From a bacterium (GTDB taxonomy: Bacteria > Margulisbacteria > Marinamargulisbacteria > GCA-2716485 > JAYNIM01): a stretch of DNA of 64,000 nt. The stretch's first letter is position 1. Every line of letters begins with the position of its first letter. A program made the position numbers and the translations under genes. The stretch is taken from the NCBI GenBank assembly GCA_038109055.1, contig JAYNIM010000006.1, positions 13,334-77,333 of the forward strand. Direction: 5' to 3'. The notes below the pieces were generated by a model. The model had not been told where the DNA came from and made no database searches. It saw only the letters and a list, made by a program, of their open reading frames with translations. Shown here in pieces: positions 43,325 to 53,438 of the stretch.

Positions 43325-45625
43325 CTACTTCTTTTTTTTGCTTTTTGGGTCGTCATTCATCAATGTTAAACAGATATCCAAGGTCAATGTTTTAGGGTCC
43401 ACTGTTTTAGGAATCTTATAATTTTTCTTCCGTTTCTCTCCTGCCGAAATATAAGGACCATAACGACCATCTAACACCTTAATAATCAGATCGCCTTTTT
43501 TAAATTCATGGATTAACGCCTTTTTCTTTTGCTCTACACTTTCACGAATTAACACTAGCGCTTCATCCATGGTAACCGTCATAGGATCCTGTTCCTTTAA
43601 AGAAACAAAGGTACTTTTGTGTCGAACATATGGCCCAAAACGACCAATCGCCGCCGTCACCTTTTCTCCTTCAAATTCCCCTAACTCCCGAGGCAACTTA
43701 AACAAATCCAAGGCCTCTTCAAGCGTAATCGTATCCAAAGATTGTGTCGTTAACAAACTCGCATACTTCGCTTTTTTATCTTCTGTGGTACGCCCAATCT
43801 GTGCTATAGGACCATAGCGCCCCAAACGAACAATCACTGGTTCTTTACTACTAGGATCAACCCCTAACTCTCGTTCACCAGATTCTCTTTCAGCGTCCGA
43901 AACTGTTTTATCCACTGCCAAATGAAAAGGATCATAAAAACGTTTTATCATCTCCTGCCAAGACACATCTCCATCCGCAATATCATCCAACTGCTTTTCC
44001 AAAGAAGCCGTAAAATTGTAATCCATAATCTCGTCAAAATGCTGCAACAAAAATTTACTCACAACCGCCCCAATGTCGGATGGCAACAATTTGGCCTTAT
44101 CCGCACCATAGGTCTCTTGTTTAAGCTCTTCACTAATAACAGCATTCTGCAAAGTCAAAAGATAAATATCACGTTGTTTCCCCTCTAAAAACCCCATACT
44201 CACATACCCACGCTTTTGAATCGTTGAAATCGTCGGTGCATACGTAGACGGTCGTCCAATCCCCAATTCTTCTAATTTTTTAACTAAACTCGCCTCTGTG
44301 TAACGTGCAGGGGGTCGCGAATAACGTTGTTTCGCATCAATCTGATCAATCGATACAGCATCATTTACAGCGAAAGCCGGCAGAAAACCTTTCGTATCTG
44401 AAGCATCCCCTACCCCCTGATACAATTTTAAAAATCCATCAAAAACAATCACTTCACCCTGAGCAAGAAAAGGATGATCAACAGAGGAATCTCTCAAAGT
44501 CACCGTCGTTTTTTCTAAGGCAGCTGCAGACATTTGTGATGCGAGTGCACGTTGATAAATTAGGTCATATAAACGTTGTTCATCTTTAGTGGCTCCTGCT
44601 GTTTTTTTAGTAAAATAAGCCGGTCGAATGGCTTCATGAGCCTCTTGAGCACCTTTAGATTTTGTTTGATACTTCTTAGGCGATGAATAGGCCTCACCAT
44701 AAGTATCACAAATAATCGTTTTAGCCGCCGCCACTGCATCATTAGACAAGGCCACACTGTCTGTACGCATATAGGTAATATGTCCCGCTTCATATAAACG
44801 CTGAGCAACCTGCATGGTCTTAGAAACAGAGAAACGACACTTACGAGAAGCATCTTGTTGCAACGACGAGGTCGTATAAGGCGGAGACGGCGAACGTTTA
44901 CTATCTTTTTTTTGAATATCCACAACCTTAAAAGAATCTGACTTACAAGTCTCCAAAAATGCGCGTGCATCTTCTTTATCTACAAAATCATGATCAACAC
45001 TAGCTTCAAAAGATGTTTTTTCTTTATCAAAAAAAGTTCCTTTAACACGAAAAACAGCCTGTGAATCAAAGGCGTTAATTTCAGCTTCTCTTTCAACAAT
45101 CAAACGCACCGCAACAGACTGAACCCGACCAGCAGACAACCCCGTTTTAACTTTCTTCCACAATACGGGCGATACTTCAAAACCTACCAAACGATCCAAA
45201 ACACGCCGAGCTTGCTGAGCATTGACCAAATCAACATTCAAAGTTCGCAAATTCTCAAAGGCAGCCTTAACAGCCGTTTTAGTGATTTCATTAAACACCA
45301 CACGTCGCACCTTATCATCCGATAATTTTAATGCTTGTACCAAATGCCACGCAATGGCCTCTCCTTCTCGATCCGGGTCTGTAGCAATATAAACCAATTC
45401 TGCTTTATTCGACGCAGTTTTTAACTCTTGAATCACTTTTTTCTTATCCGTCATAGTGACATACTTGGGTTCAAATTGCTTTTCAATATCAATCCCCAAC
45501 TGCTTAGACGGTAAATCTCGGACATGCCCAAACGACGCTTTAATAACATAGTCGCTACCTAAAAACTTACTAATTGTTTTAATTTTAGCGGGCGACTCAA
45601 CGATAACCAAATACTTTGCAGACAT
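43325..45625 (-). CDS. topA: DNA topoisomerase I with C-terminal GR(Y/F)GP repeats
   Basis: IVESPAK, ATDPDREGE, SAGRVQS, ITYMRTDS, GIGRPSTYA. Confidence 0.97.
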   Translation of the reverse strand: MSAKYLVIVESPAKIKTISKFLGSDYVIKASFGHVRDLPSKQLGIDIEKQFEPKYVTMTDKKKVIQELKTASNKAELVYIATDPDREGEAIAWHLVQALKLSDDKVRRVVFNEITKTAVKAAFENLRTLNVDLVNAQQARRVLDRLVGFEVSPVLWKKVKTGLSAGRVQSVAVRLIVEREAEINAFDSQAVFRVKGTFFDKEKTSFEASVDHDFVDKEDARAFLETCKSDSFKVVDIQKKDSKRSPSPPYTTSSLQQDASRKCRFSVSKTMQVAQRLYEAGHITYMRTDSVALSNDAVAAAKTIICDTYGEAYSSPKKYQTKSKGAQEAHEAIRPAYFTKKTAGATKDEQRLYDLIYQRALASQMSAAALEKTTVTLRDSSVDHPFLAQGEVIVFDGFLKLYQGVGDASDTKGFLPAFAVNDAVSIDQIDAKQRYSRPPARYTEASLVKKLEELGIGRPSTYAPTISTIQKRGYVSMGFLEGKQRDIYLLTLQNAVISEELKQETYGADKAKLLPSDIGAVVSKFLLQHFDEIMDYNFTASLEKQLDDIADGDVSWQEMIKRFYDPFHLAVDKTVSDAERESGERELGVDPSSKEPVIVRLGRYGPIAQIGRTTEDKKAKYASLLTTQSLDTITLEEALDLFKLPRELGEFEGEKVTAAIGRFGPYVRHKSTFVSLKEQDPMTVTMDEALVLIRESVEQKKKALIHEFKKGDLIIKVLDGRYGPYISAGEKRKKNYKIPKTVDPKTLTLDICLTLMNDDPKSKKKK

Positions 45626-45632
45626 TCTCGGG

Positions 45633-45662
45633 ATTCTACAAAGTAACTAAAAACTCTGTCAA
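45633..45662 (-). promoter_or_regulatory. Sigma70 promoter of topA, probably leaderless
   Basis: TTGACA-N18-TAGAAT, 7 nt before the ATG, no SD sequence. Confidence 0.7.
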
Positions 45663-45691
45663 TTAAAAAATAATAATACAATATAATTTAT

Positions 45692-45719
45692 TTGACAAAA
45701 TATAAATTTTATATATAAT
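45692..45719 (+). promoter_or_regulatory. Consensus sigma70 promoter of the orphan gene at 45752
   Basis: TTGACA-N16-TATAAT, then GGGAGG before ATG 45752. Confidence 0.7.
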
Positions 45720-45751
45720 ATATAAATATATTTGGGAGGGACAGTAAAATA

Positions 45752-46467
45752 ATGACCATAATTGACTCATGTTGTAGTACAATTCAACAACCAATATCCT
45801 GTTTAATATCACGCATATCGTCATGTTTCACAGGTTGTAACAAAGAAAACATACCTACTGAAAGGCGCCTTATTGAAGGTACAAGATTATCGACATCACA
45901 AACTCCCGCTACAAAAAGCTCTTTAATAAAAGCAGAACCTTTCAATAAGGTATTACAAGAAATAGAAGAAACAGAAACAGAAACAGAAACAGTATGGGTA
46001 ATTCTACTAACAAAAGAGGAAATAGACGCTAAAGGAACAGACGTCTATGAAAGAGTTCAAAAACTCAAAGATACCAAACACGTCACAATAATAGAAGAAC
46101 CTTGGGGAAAAGGAATGATGCCCAAAGATATAGACTGGGAAACATTAACTGGTACTATAAAGGAAGCCTCACAACAAGAAAAAACATTTGTATTTCTTGC
46201 GAATGCGCAAATCAACGAAGCCCCTTAATTGCAACACTATGCAAAATAAAGATAGATAAAAACACTATCACAGGCTTAACAGACGACTTCCTTCTAAGTA
46301 CATGTAAAACCTATTTTCCAGAAAGTAATCCAGATCCAATAGAAACAATGATCCTAGTCGATCAAGTCAATGAAGCCCTATCAAACAAAAGAAATACCCC
46401 AAGCCCAACTGGGGATCGCCCTGATTCACCTACAAATTCAACAAGTCCCATTAAATTCTCAAGCTAA
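45752..46467 (+). CDS. Orphan with a Cys-rich N-terminus, probably split by a 1-nt frameshift at CCCC 46221-46224
   Basis: ORF 45752-46228 stops at GCC CCT TAA and the -1 frame stays open to 46467; (GAAACA)x4 at 45968-45991. Confidence 0.55.
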
Positions 46468-46471
46468 CAAT

Positions 46472-48271
46472 TTACAGTCTCATAAACAAACGCTCCATGG
46501 CCTTCTTATCGTAACGAATATACAAAGGTCGCCCATGCGGACAGGTAAAATTACTGGGACACGCCACAAAATCTTTCAATAACTGTTTTGTTTCAGCATC
46601 CGATAAACGTTTACCCACTTTAATAGCGGCCTTACAAGCCTTTAACTGCAACCAGGGCTTCAGTTCAAAAGAAAGATCAGGCTGCCCCTCAGCATCTTTC
46701 AAGGATTCCAAAAGCACACGCACAATAACCGCTGCCGATACCGAAGCAAAGACTAGGGGCACCTCTCTAACCGCTAACTGCCCCGGACCAAAAACTTCCA
46801 CAACAAAATTCAATTGATCAAACAGTGATTGATGTTGTTCAAACACGCTCAATAAGCCCGCATCAACCTCCACAATATCTGCAATCAATAACACTTGTCG
46901 CTCTGTCACAGAAGACGCCTCTTTCTGAAACGATTCATACAAAATACGCTCATGCACCGCATGCTGATCTAAAATAAACAATGCATCCGCTGTCTTTAAA
47001 ACCAAATATCCCTCAAAAATCTGAAAATAATCGGGACTATCCAAGGCCCTCAAAGAGCTTGTGTCATGCAACAGGCCAACCTGCTCCAACGGTTTTTGAG
47101 GGCGCGGAACAGAAAAAGAGGACAACTGAGAAGGTCCAGACGACGAAACCTCCCCTGAATCTGAAAAACTAAGCATCGAAACAGGCATCGACTCCTGATC
47201 TGAAGATGACAAGGTTAGTACCTCAGCTGCAGATTTTTCAGACATATCCACGGCAGACAAAACAGGCGACTCAATCTGTACCTGTGACACTTTTTGCAAC
47301 GAAAGTTGTATCGCTTTAGGCAAAGCATCATACAAAAACCCAGGCGCCAAAAATTTAACATCTTGTTTTTGAGGATGGATATTCACATCAACCCCTTCAG
47401 TTGATACCTCTAAATCAAGTAAGACCAAAGGAAAACGACGCGCTGGGATCACGGCCTGATAACACTGCTGAATCGATTTAAAAATTAACGGAGACTGTAT
47501 CAAACGACCATTAACCGTGACAATCATTTTTTGTCGCGATGAAAACGTAAGCTGCGGAGTACCAACAAAGCCTTTCACGGTCAAACCAGGCAGCACTTCA
47601 TCCACTCGTGCTAACTTTCCCCTCAAATCATCCCCAAAATGTAACAATAAGAGAGCCTCTTGATCTAAAATACCACAGGTATTAACCAAGGTTTTATCTC
47701 CTTGTTTTAACACAAAATCTACCGCTGGATAACACAGTGAAAATCGCGTGATCACCTCGCAAATATGAGACAGCTCCGTCCCTGCACTCTTTAAAAACCG
47801 ACGACGCACCGCTAAATCACTAAATAAGGTAGAAACAACCATTTCAGTCCCCTTATCCATAGTCACTGCCTTAAGAGACGAAAAGTCACCTTTATATGCC
47901 GTCATCTGCCATCCCTTTCCCTTCGTCTGAGCAGACCGTAATTCAACAGACGCCACGTGCGAAACACTGGCCAAGGCCTCTCCCCGAAACCCAAAAGAGC
48001 CTACCTGATACAAATCGTCCAACGAGCGTATTTTAGAGGTCGCATGCCGAACAAAGGCAGACGAAAAGTCTTCTTTTGCAATCCCTGATCCGTTATCACG
48101 AATAACGATCCCTTCTCGACCTCCATCTTCAACAAAAACATCCACCTTAGTAGCCCCCGCATCCAAAGAGTTTTCCACCAACTCTTTAACCACGGATGCC
48201 GGACGATCAATCACCTCTCCAGCCGCAATTTGATTAATCGTAATCTCATCTAATTGGCGAATCAAACCCAT
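46472..48271 (-). CDS. mutL: DNA mismatch repair protein MutL
   Basis: IAAGEVI, GFRGEALAS, DVNIHPQK, DQHAVHER, CPHGRP. Confidence 0.97.
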   Translation of the reverse strand: MGLIRQLDEITINQIAAGEVIDRPASVVKELVENSLDAGATKVDVFVEDGGREGIVIRDNGSGIAKEDFSSAFVRHATSKIRSLDDLYQVGSFGFRGEALASVSHVASVELRSAQTKGKGWQMTAYKGDFSSLKAVTMDKGTEMVVSTLFSDLAVRRRFLKSAGTELSHICEVITRFSLCYPAVDFVLKQGDKTLVNTCGILDQEALLLLHFGDDLRGKLARVDEVLPGLTVKGFVGTPQLTFSSRQKMIVTVNGRLIQSPLIFKSIQQCYQAVIPARRFPLVLLDLEVSTEGVDVNIHPQKQDVKFLAPGFLYDALPKAIQLSLQKVSQVQIESPVLSAVDMSEKSAAEVLTLSSSDQESMPVSMLSFSDSGEVSSSGPSQLSSFSVPRPQKPLEQVGLLHDTSSLRALDSPDYFQIFEGYLVLKTADALFILDQHAVHERILYESFQKEASSVTERQVLLIADIVEVDAGLLSVFEQHQSLFDQLNFVVEVFGPGQLAVREVPLVFASVSAAVIVRVLLESLKDAEGQPDLSFELKPWLQLKACKAAIKVGKRLSDAETKQLLKDFVACPSNFTCPHGRPLYIRYDKKAMERLFMRL

Positions 48272-48329
48272 AACGACAGCATACCTAATCTAAACAAATA
48301 CGTCATCTCCCCCCTAATTTAGCTATTTA

Positions 48330-49541
48330 TTAATACGTACGAACTTGATTATAAATCTTCTCGTCCAATTCACCTTCAGATTTAGACACCAATACCGTCA
48401 CCATACAATCACCAACAACGTTCACAGTCGTTCTAGCCATATCCAATATACGGTCAATACCCGCTATAATCGCAATCCCTTCAATGGGCAAGCCCACCGA
48501 ATTAAGAACCAAGGTCAACATAATCAAGCCAGCACCTGGCACCCCAGCAGACCCAATTGAAGCTAAAGTAGACGTTAAGATAATCGTAATGTAATTTCCT
48601 GCTGTAAGATCAATTCCATACGCTTGTGCTATAAACAAAGCAGCAACACCTTGATACATCGCTGTTCCATCCATATTGATCGTCGCACCTAAAGGCAAAA
48701 CAAAACTCGACATACTATTCGAGACACCCAAGTTTTTTTGTGCACAACGAATCGTAATAGGCAAGGTACCCGAACTACTCGCTGTACTATAGGCCACTAC
48801 CAAGGCATCTAAAATCCCTTTAAAAAAACGAACAGGGCTCAACTTACCTAAAAAGAACACCGCCCCGCCCAAGGTCAATCCTGCATGAATCAAACATCCC
48901 ACATACACCCCAATCAATACCTTAAGTAAGGGCATTAAAACCGCCAACCCATAGCGTCCCGACACCCAACACATCAACGCAAAAACACCATAAGGCGCTA
49001 GCTCCATCACCATATTGGTCATTTTATACATCGCTTCTGCAATCCCTTCAAACCAGGAAATCGTTGTTTTAGCCTTATCCCCAACTAAATTCAACGAAAT
49101 GCCTAATAAAATAGAAAAAACAATCAACTGTAAAACATGTCCATCTGCCATGGATTTAACGGGATTTTTGGGCACCAAATCCACAAGCGTATCCGCAAAA
49201 GACTGAGGAGCCTTTTTAGTAATCGTTTGAGCAGCCCCTAAATCAACTCCTTTGCCAGGCTGGAAAATAATCCCTATCATCAAACCAATGGTAATCGCGA
49301 CGGCGGTTGTTAACATATACAAACCAAAGGTTTTCATCCCCACACGCCCCATTTTTTTGGGATCTTTCATGCCCGTTACTCCCACAACCAAAGAAGAAAA
49401 AATCAAGGGAACAATCAACATCTTAATTGCATTGATAAATAAGGTCCCCAAAGGTTTAATAAAATCCCCAAAACCTGGGATCAAACTACCAAATACAACA
49501 CCCAAAATCAAACCAAAAATAATTTTGACCCATAATTTCAT
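48330..49541 (-). CDS. Dicarboxylate/amino acid:cation symporter (GltP/DAACS family)
   Basis: STASSSGTLP, GATINMDGT, AGVPG, DRILDMARTTVNVVGD. Confidence 0.93.
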   Translation of the reverse strand: MKLWVKIIFGLILGVVFGSLIPGFGDFIKPLGTLFINAIKMLIVPLIFSSLVVGVTGMKDPKKMGRVGMKTFGLYMLTTAVAITIGLMIGIIFQPGKGVDLGAAQTITKKAPQSFADTLVDLVPKNPVKSMADGHVLQLIVFSILLGISLNLVGDKAKTTISWFEGIAEAMYKMTNMVMELAPYGVFALMCWVSGRYGLAVLMPLLKVLIGVYVGCLIHAGLTLGGAVFFLGKLSPVRFFKGILDALVVAYSTASSSGTLPITIRCAQKNLGVSNSMSSFVLPLGATINMDGTAMYQGVAALFIAQAYGIDLTAGNYITIILTSTLASIGSAGVPGAGLIMLTLVLNSVGLPIEGIAIIAGIDRILDMARTTVNVVGDCMVTVLVSKSEGELDEKIYNQVRTY

Positions 49542-49680
49542 ACAATTTCTCCTTTTTTGAAAACAGTGCCATAATCATAACAAAATAAATAAAAAATCAA
49601 CAGTAAAAATAGTTCCCACGAACAACCCAACAAATAGTATTCAAATAAACATTTAAATTTAGTAAACTAACTTAGCAAAA

Positions 49681-50973
49681 ATGACCAAAAACATAGCCAA
49701 AATCCCTCTAAAAAATCTCAAAAAAATCCCTCACTCCCAAACCTTATGGATCAATGAACTATGCGATACGTTAAAAGCTCAAGGTCGCGATATTATTAAA
49801 TTTGGTTTTGGAGAATCCCCTTTCTCACCGCCTGACTGGGTCACCAACACTCTCGTCAAACACAGCAATGATACACGTTATTTACCCGTACAAGGCCTCA
49901 AAACCTTACAAGAAGCCTGTAAAAAATTCCATCATTATTTTCAAGATCTAGACTTATCAGAACACGAAACCTTTATAGCGCCTGGGTCCAAGCTTCTCTT
50001 GTATGCCTGCCAAGCAGCTTTTCAAAAAGCCAGTATTCTGATTCCTGCCCCCGCATGGGTGTCCTATCATCCACAAGCAGAATTATGTGGACATGAAAGC
50101 ATCATCATCCATTGCAATGCCCAAGAGCGCTGGCGTGTCACACCTAAAAAACTTGAAGAGGCCTGCAAAAAGGCCCAGCATCCCCCCCTGTTAATCCTCA
50201 ATTACCCAGGCAACCCCGACGGACTAAGCTACAGTCAAGATGAACTTGATGCACTAGCATCTGTCGCTAAAAAATATCACGTCTTGGTCATTGCAGATGA
50301 AATTTACAATCTTCTAGACCACCATCATCAACATCCCAGTATTGCCAAAGCTTATCCCGAAGGCAGTATTATCACGACCGGTTTATCCAAATGCTGTGGC
50401 GCTGGCGGCTGGCGTTTGGGCATTGCTTTCGTCCCCAAAGCACTTGGACAAGATTTTTTACACACCCTAAAAGGCATTGCCTCCGAAACCTATTCATGTA
50501 CCAGTTCCCCTATTCAACAAGCCGCCATCACAGCCTATCAAAATCCTGAAAAATTAAATTCTTATTTCAAACAACAACAAAAAATTCTTAATGGTTTAGG
50601 TACTTATATAGCTGAAGAGTTAAACAACAACGATATACAGACTCACCCACCTCAAGGCGGCTTTTATGTATATCCTGATTTTACGAGCTACAAAGCCCTT
50701 TTTCAGAAACACGGCATCCATGACTCAAATACCCTATGCCAACGTTTGTTACAAGAAACAGGTGTGGCTCTGCTTCCCGGAAGCGCCTTTAATCAAGATC
50801 CCACAATCATGACCTGTCGATTAGCTTATGTTGACTTTGACGGTGATCATTGCCTCAACCTTTTTCAAAACAAAAAAAGCATCTCCCAAAAAGAGCTTTT
50901 AAAAGCCTGTCCAAAAATCAAAATCGGCATCAACCGCATCCAATCATGGCTTAAAACCTTAAAATCAAACTAA
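49681..50973 (+). CDS. Class I/II PLP-dependent aminotransferase (aspartate aminotransferase-like)
   Basis: PAWVSY, NYPGNPDG, ADEIY, GLSK..GAGGWRLG, GVALLPG. Confidence 0.9.
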   Translation: MTKNIAKIPLKNLKKIPHSQTLWINELCDTLKAQGRDIIKFGFGESPFSPPDWVTNTLVKHSNDTRYLPVQGLKTLQEACKKFHHYFQDLDLSEHETFIAPGSKLLLYACQAAFQKASILIPAPAWVSYHPQAELCGHESIIIHCNAQERWRVTPKKLEEACKKAQHPPLLILNYPGNPDGLSYSQDELDALASVAKKYHVLVIADEIYNLLDHHHQHPSIAKAYPEGSIITTGLSKCCGAGGWRLGIAFVPKALGQDFLHTLKGIASETYSCTSSPIQQAAITAYQNPEKLNSYFKQQQKILNGLGTYIAEELNNNDIQTHPPQGGFYVYPDFTSYKALFQKHGIHDSNTLCQRLLQETGVALLPGSAFNQDPTIMTCRLAYVDFDGDHCLNLFQNKKSISQKELLKACPKIKIGINRIQSWLKTLKSN

Positions 50974-51065
50974 TTCTCTAAGCGTACCCATATCCCATTT
51001 AATACAGTCATATCCCATAAAAACACCTTATAATTAAAATAAATAAAAAAATTTAATAAATAGTG

Positions 51066-51116
51066 TTGACAAGATAAAAATATAAATGTAATTTTATTAC
51101 AAATAGATAAAAGGAG
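51066..51116 (+). promoter_or_regulatory. Sigma70 promoter and RBS of the U-box gene
   Basis: TTGACA-N17-TAATTT, then AAGGAG 5 nt before the ATG. Confidence 0.6.
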
Positions 51117-51121
51117 TATTT

Positions 51122-53062
51122 ATGTTAAATTGTTGCGCTAGACCAAATCGTCCAACTGGTAGGCCCTCTACTACTTCATCAGGGGGTAGAGAAAACGCAG
51201 AAAGTATCCATTCTATTATAAGAGCGGCTAAAAGCATAAACCCTTCATTAAATACTCTTGCTCAATTCATGCAACAAAAAGCAAAATTCGAAAAGGTCCA
51301 ATTTTGTCTATTGCGACAAGGTGAAGCTGCTTGTGACGCTATTTATTATAGCAACTATACCTGTGATAGAATTACCATTGCTTCTACTAGACAAACTATA
51401 ACAGTCCTTCTTGGAGAACACACACATTATTTCCAATATAATTTAAGTAATACACAAACATCAGGATTTGAAGACACTAGTCCATCCCAAGATCCTACAG
51501 ACAGATGTTTTCCAGTTATTAATACAGACTGGCTAACCAAAATAAGCTCCCACAATACAGTCGAAGAAATGATAGATATTATTAAGGCTGATTTACGCAA
51601 AACAAATGAACTTCATACAGATAATAAAATCTTGATAATTGCCCCCCCCTCGAATATGCATGGGGACATAAAAAATGCTTGGCAGTCTGCTTTATTATGC
51701 TACTCATTAGAAAATCCACAAAAACAGCTTATCGTTTCTGGTTATGACGAACTTCAACGTCTTTCATCTGGAAATATCGTTTTTGCAGGTGATAAAGACT
51801 TGATATCTATCGCAGAAAAATTAAAAAAGCAAGGTCAACACTTTGCGCTCGCTTTAGACACACGATCGCAGTATCAAGCACTATCTTTGACAAATTGGTT
51901 GAAAAAAGAGGCGCCTGAAAATTGGTTGAAAAAAGAGGCGCCTGAAATAAGTACACAGGCAAATACCGGGTCTAATCCTACTGCTAGGTCATTTTACCCA
52001 AGTGTAAATCCAGAACCAGAACCACAAGATACATGGTCTACTGATGGGTCATTAGATCACTTGAGTTGGAGTCGTGCCCAACAACGAATAGCAACAGCTG
52101 CAAGAGCTGCAGGAGCTGACCCCATACCAGAATCAGAACCAGAACCAGAACCAGAATCAGAAGAAGATATATCAGAAGAAGATACCTTGTCTAATTCTGT
52201 TGGGTCATTAGAGGATCCACAAAGACTCATACTAAATAGGTACAGACAGGCATTCCCAGAACTTTCTGGAGAATTAACAGAAACTCAGTTTAATGAAAGA
52301 GCACTTAGACTAGGAATAGCAGCAAGTCTTGTAGAAGCAAGCCCACCACAAGCAGCGCAAGCTGATACAGAATCTGCAGCAAGTCTTGTAGAAGCAAGCC
52401 CACCACAAGCAGCGCAAGCTGATACAGAATCTGAGGTAACTTTTTTTCGAGACAAGCTTATAGGAGAAGGTTGTGAGGCAAATGACGAACTGATAAAACA
52501 AGCTATAGCGATGGTTGAGGAGGACAAAAAGACCAACTTCAATTGCCCCATCACAAACGCTCTAATGCGACATCCTGTTTGTTTAGCTCAGACAGGTCAT
52601 CTGTTTGAAAGAGAAGCTATAGAACATTGGTTAAAAGAAAAAAACACGTGCCCAGTTACAAGAGCTCGGTTAATAAACAAAACAATATCAACGGATGTTC
52701 ATGATAAAAAAACAGCAATTATAGAAGCACTCAAAGCTGCAATCAAAATCCAAGAAGCTGACAGAGGGTTGAAAGAAAGACAAATAGCAGCACAAGAATG
52801 GGCAGAACCAGAACCAGAACAAAAAGAACCCCAACGTCTTAGAGCAACAAATGCAGCAGAAGAAGAACAAAGATTGGAAACCGAAGATTGGGAAAACCAA
52901 ATTAATAAATGGTATTATGCAGGCTACTACGAACAAGAACCAGAACCAGAACAAGAACAAGAACAAGAACCAAAACCAGAAGATCTTAAAGGTCTTAGAG
53001 CATCACAAGCAAAAAGGGCAGCAGATGCAGCAGAAGCAAGAATAAAAGCTACAAAAGAATAA
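51122..53062 (+). CDS. Eukaryotic-like U-box domain protein (putative E3 ubiquitin ligase effector)
   Basis: FNCPITNALMRHPV...GHLFEREAIEHWL..KNTCPVTR at about 52538-52720; acidic EP repeats. Confidence 0.85.
   Translation: MLNCCARPNRPTGRPSTTSSGGRENAESIHSIIRAAKSINPSLNTLAQFMQQKAKFEKVQFCLLRQGEAACDAIYYSNYTCDRITIASTRQTITVLLGEHTHYFQYNLSNTQTSGFEDTSPSQDPTDRCFPVINTDWLTKISSHNTVEEMIDIIKADLRKTNELHTDNKILIIAPPSNMHGDIKNAWQSALLCYSLENPQKQLIVSGYDELQRLSSGNIVFAGDKDLISIAEKLKKQGQHFALALDTRSQYQALSLTNWLKKEAPENWLKKEAPEISTQANTGSNPTARSFYPSVNPEPEPQDTWSTDGSLDHLSWSRAQQRIATAARAAGADPIPESEPEPEPESEEDISEEDTLSNSVGSLEDPQRLILNRYRQAFPELSGELTETQFNERALRLGIAASLVEASPPQAAQADTESAASLVEASPPQAAQADTESEVTFFRDKLIGEGCEANDELIKQAIAMVEEDKKTNFNCPITNALMRHPVCLAQTGHLFEREAIEHWLKEKNTCPVTRARLINKTISTDVHDKKTAIIEALKAAIKIQEADRGLKERQIAAQEWAEPEPEQKEPQRLRATNAAEEEQRLETEDWENQINKWYYAGYYEQEPEPEQEQEQEPKPEDLKGLRASQAKRAADAAEARIKATKE
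51892..51947 (+). repeat. Perfect 27-nt tandem duplication (NWLKKEAPE x2)
   Basis: aaattggttgaaaaaagaggcgcctga occurs twice. Confidence 0.95.
52319..52433 (+). repeat. Perfect 57-nt tandem duplication (AASLVEASPPQAAQADTES x2)
   Basis: Two identical in-frame copies read directly from the sequence. Confidence 0.95.
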
Positions 53063-53438
53063 ATAACACAGGATAAAAAATTAAAATAAAAAGAAATTAT
53101 AATGTTTAATAATAGCCTAGCTGGATAACGCCCAGACCGTCGTAACCAGCCAAGTGATCATTCCTCAAAAAAAAGTCAAGAATTTGCTCAAACATCATTC
53201 GCTATAAAAAGAACTCTCCAGAACAAGCAGTTGCAGATCAGATTTAGCAATGAGACGACTGGGGATTAAACTACAAAAGTAGCAAAAAAGCTAGAAACTT
53301 CGAGATAGATCTGTTGCTAACAGTTAATCATCTAAATTTACGAAAAACATTGCTATCTCTAACAGACATAGGGACCTATATAGTGATAATAAAGATAAAC
53401 CATTATATAGAGATCTTTTTCATGCTAAAGTATCTTCA

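Noticed and set aside
51892..52433. Direct repeats as a CRISPR array
   Set aside because: Only two adjacent copies each, no spacers, in frame within a CDS, and no cas genes
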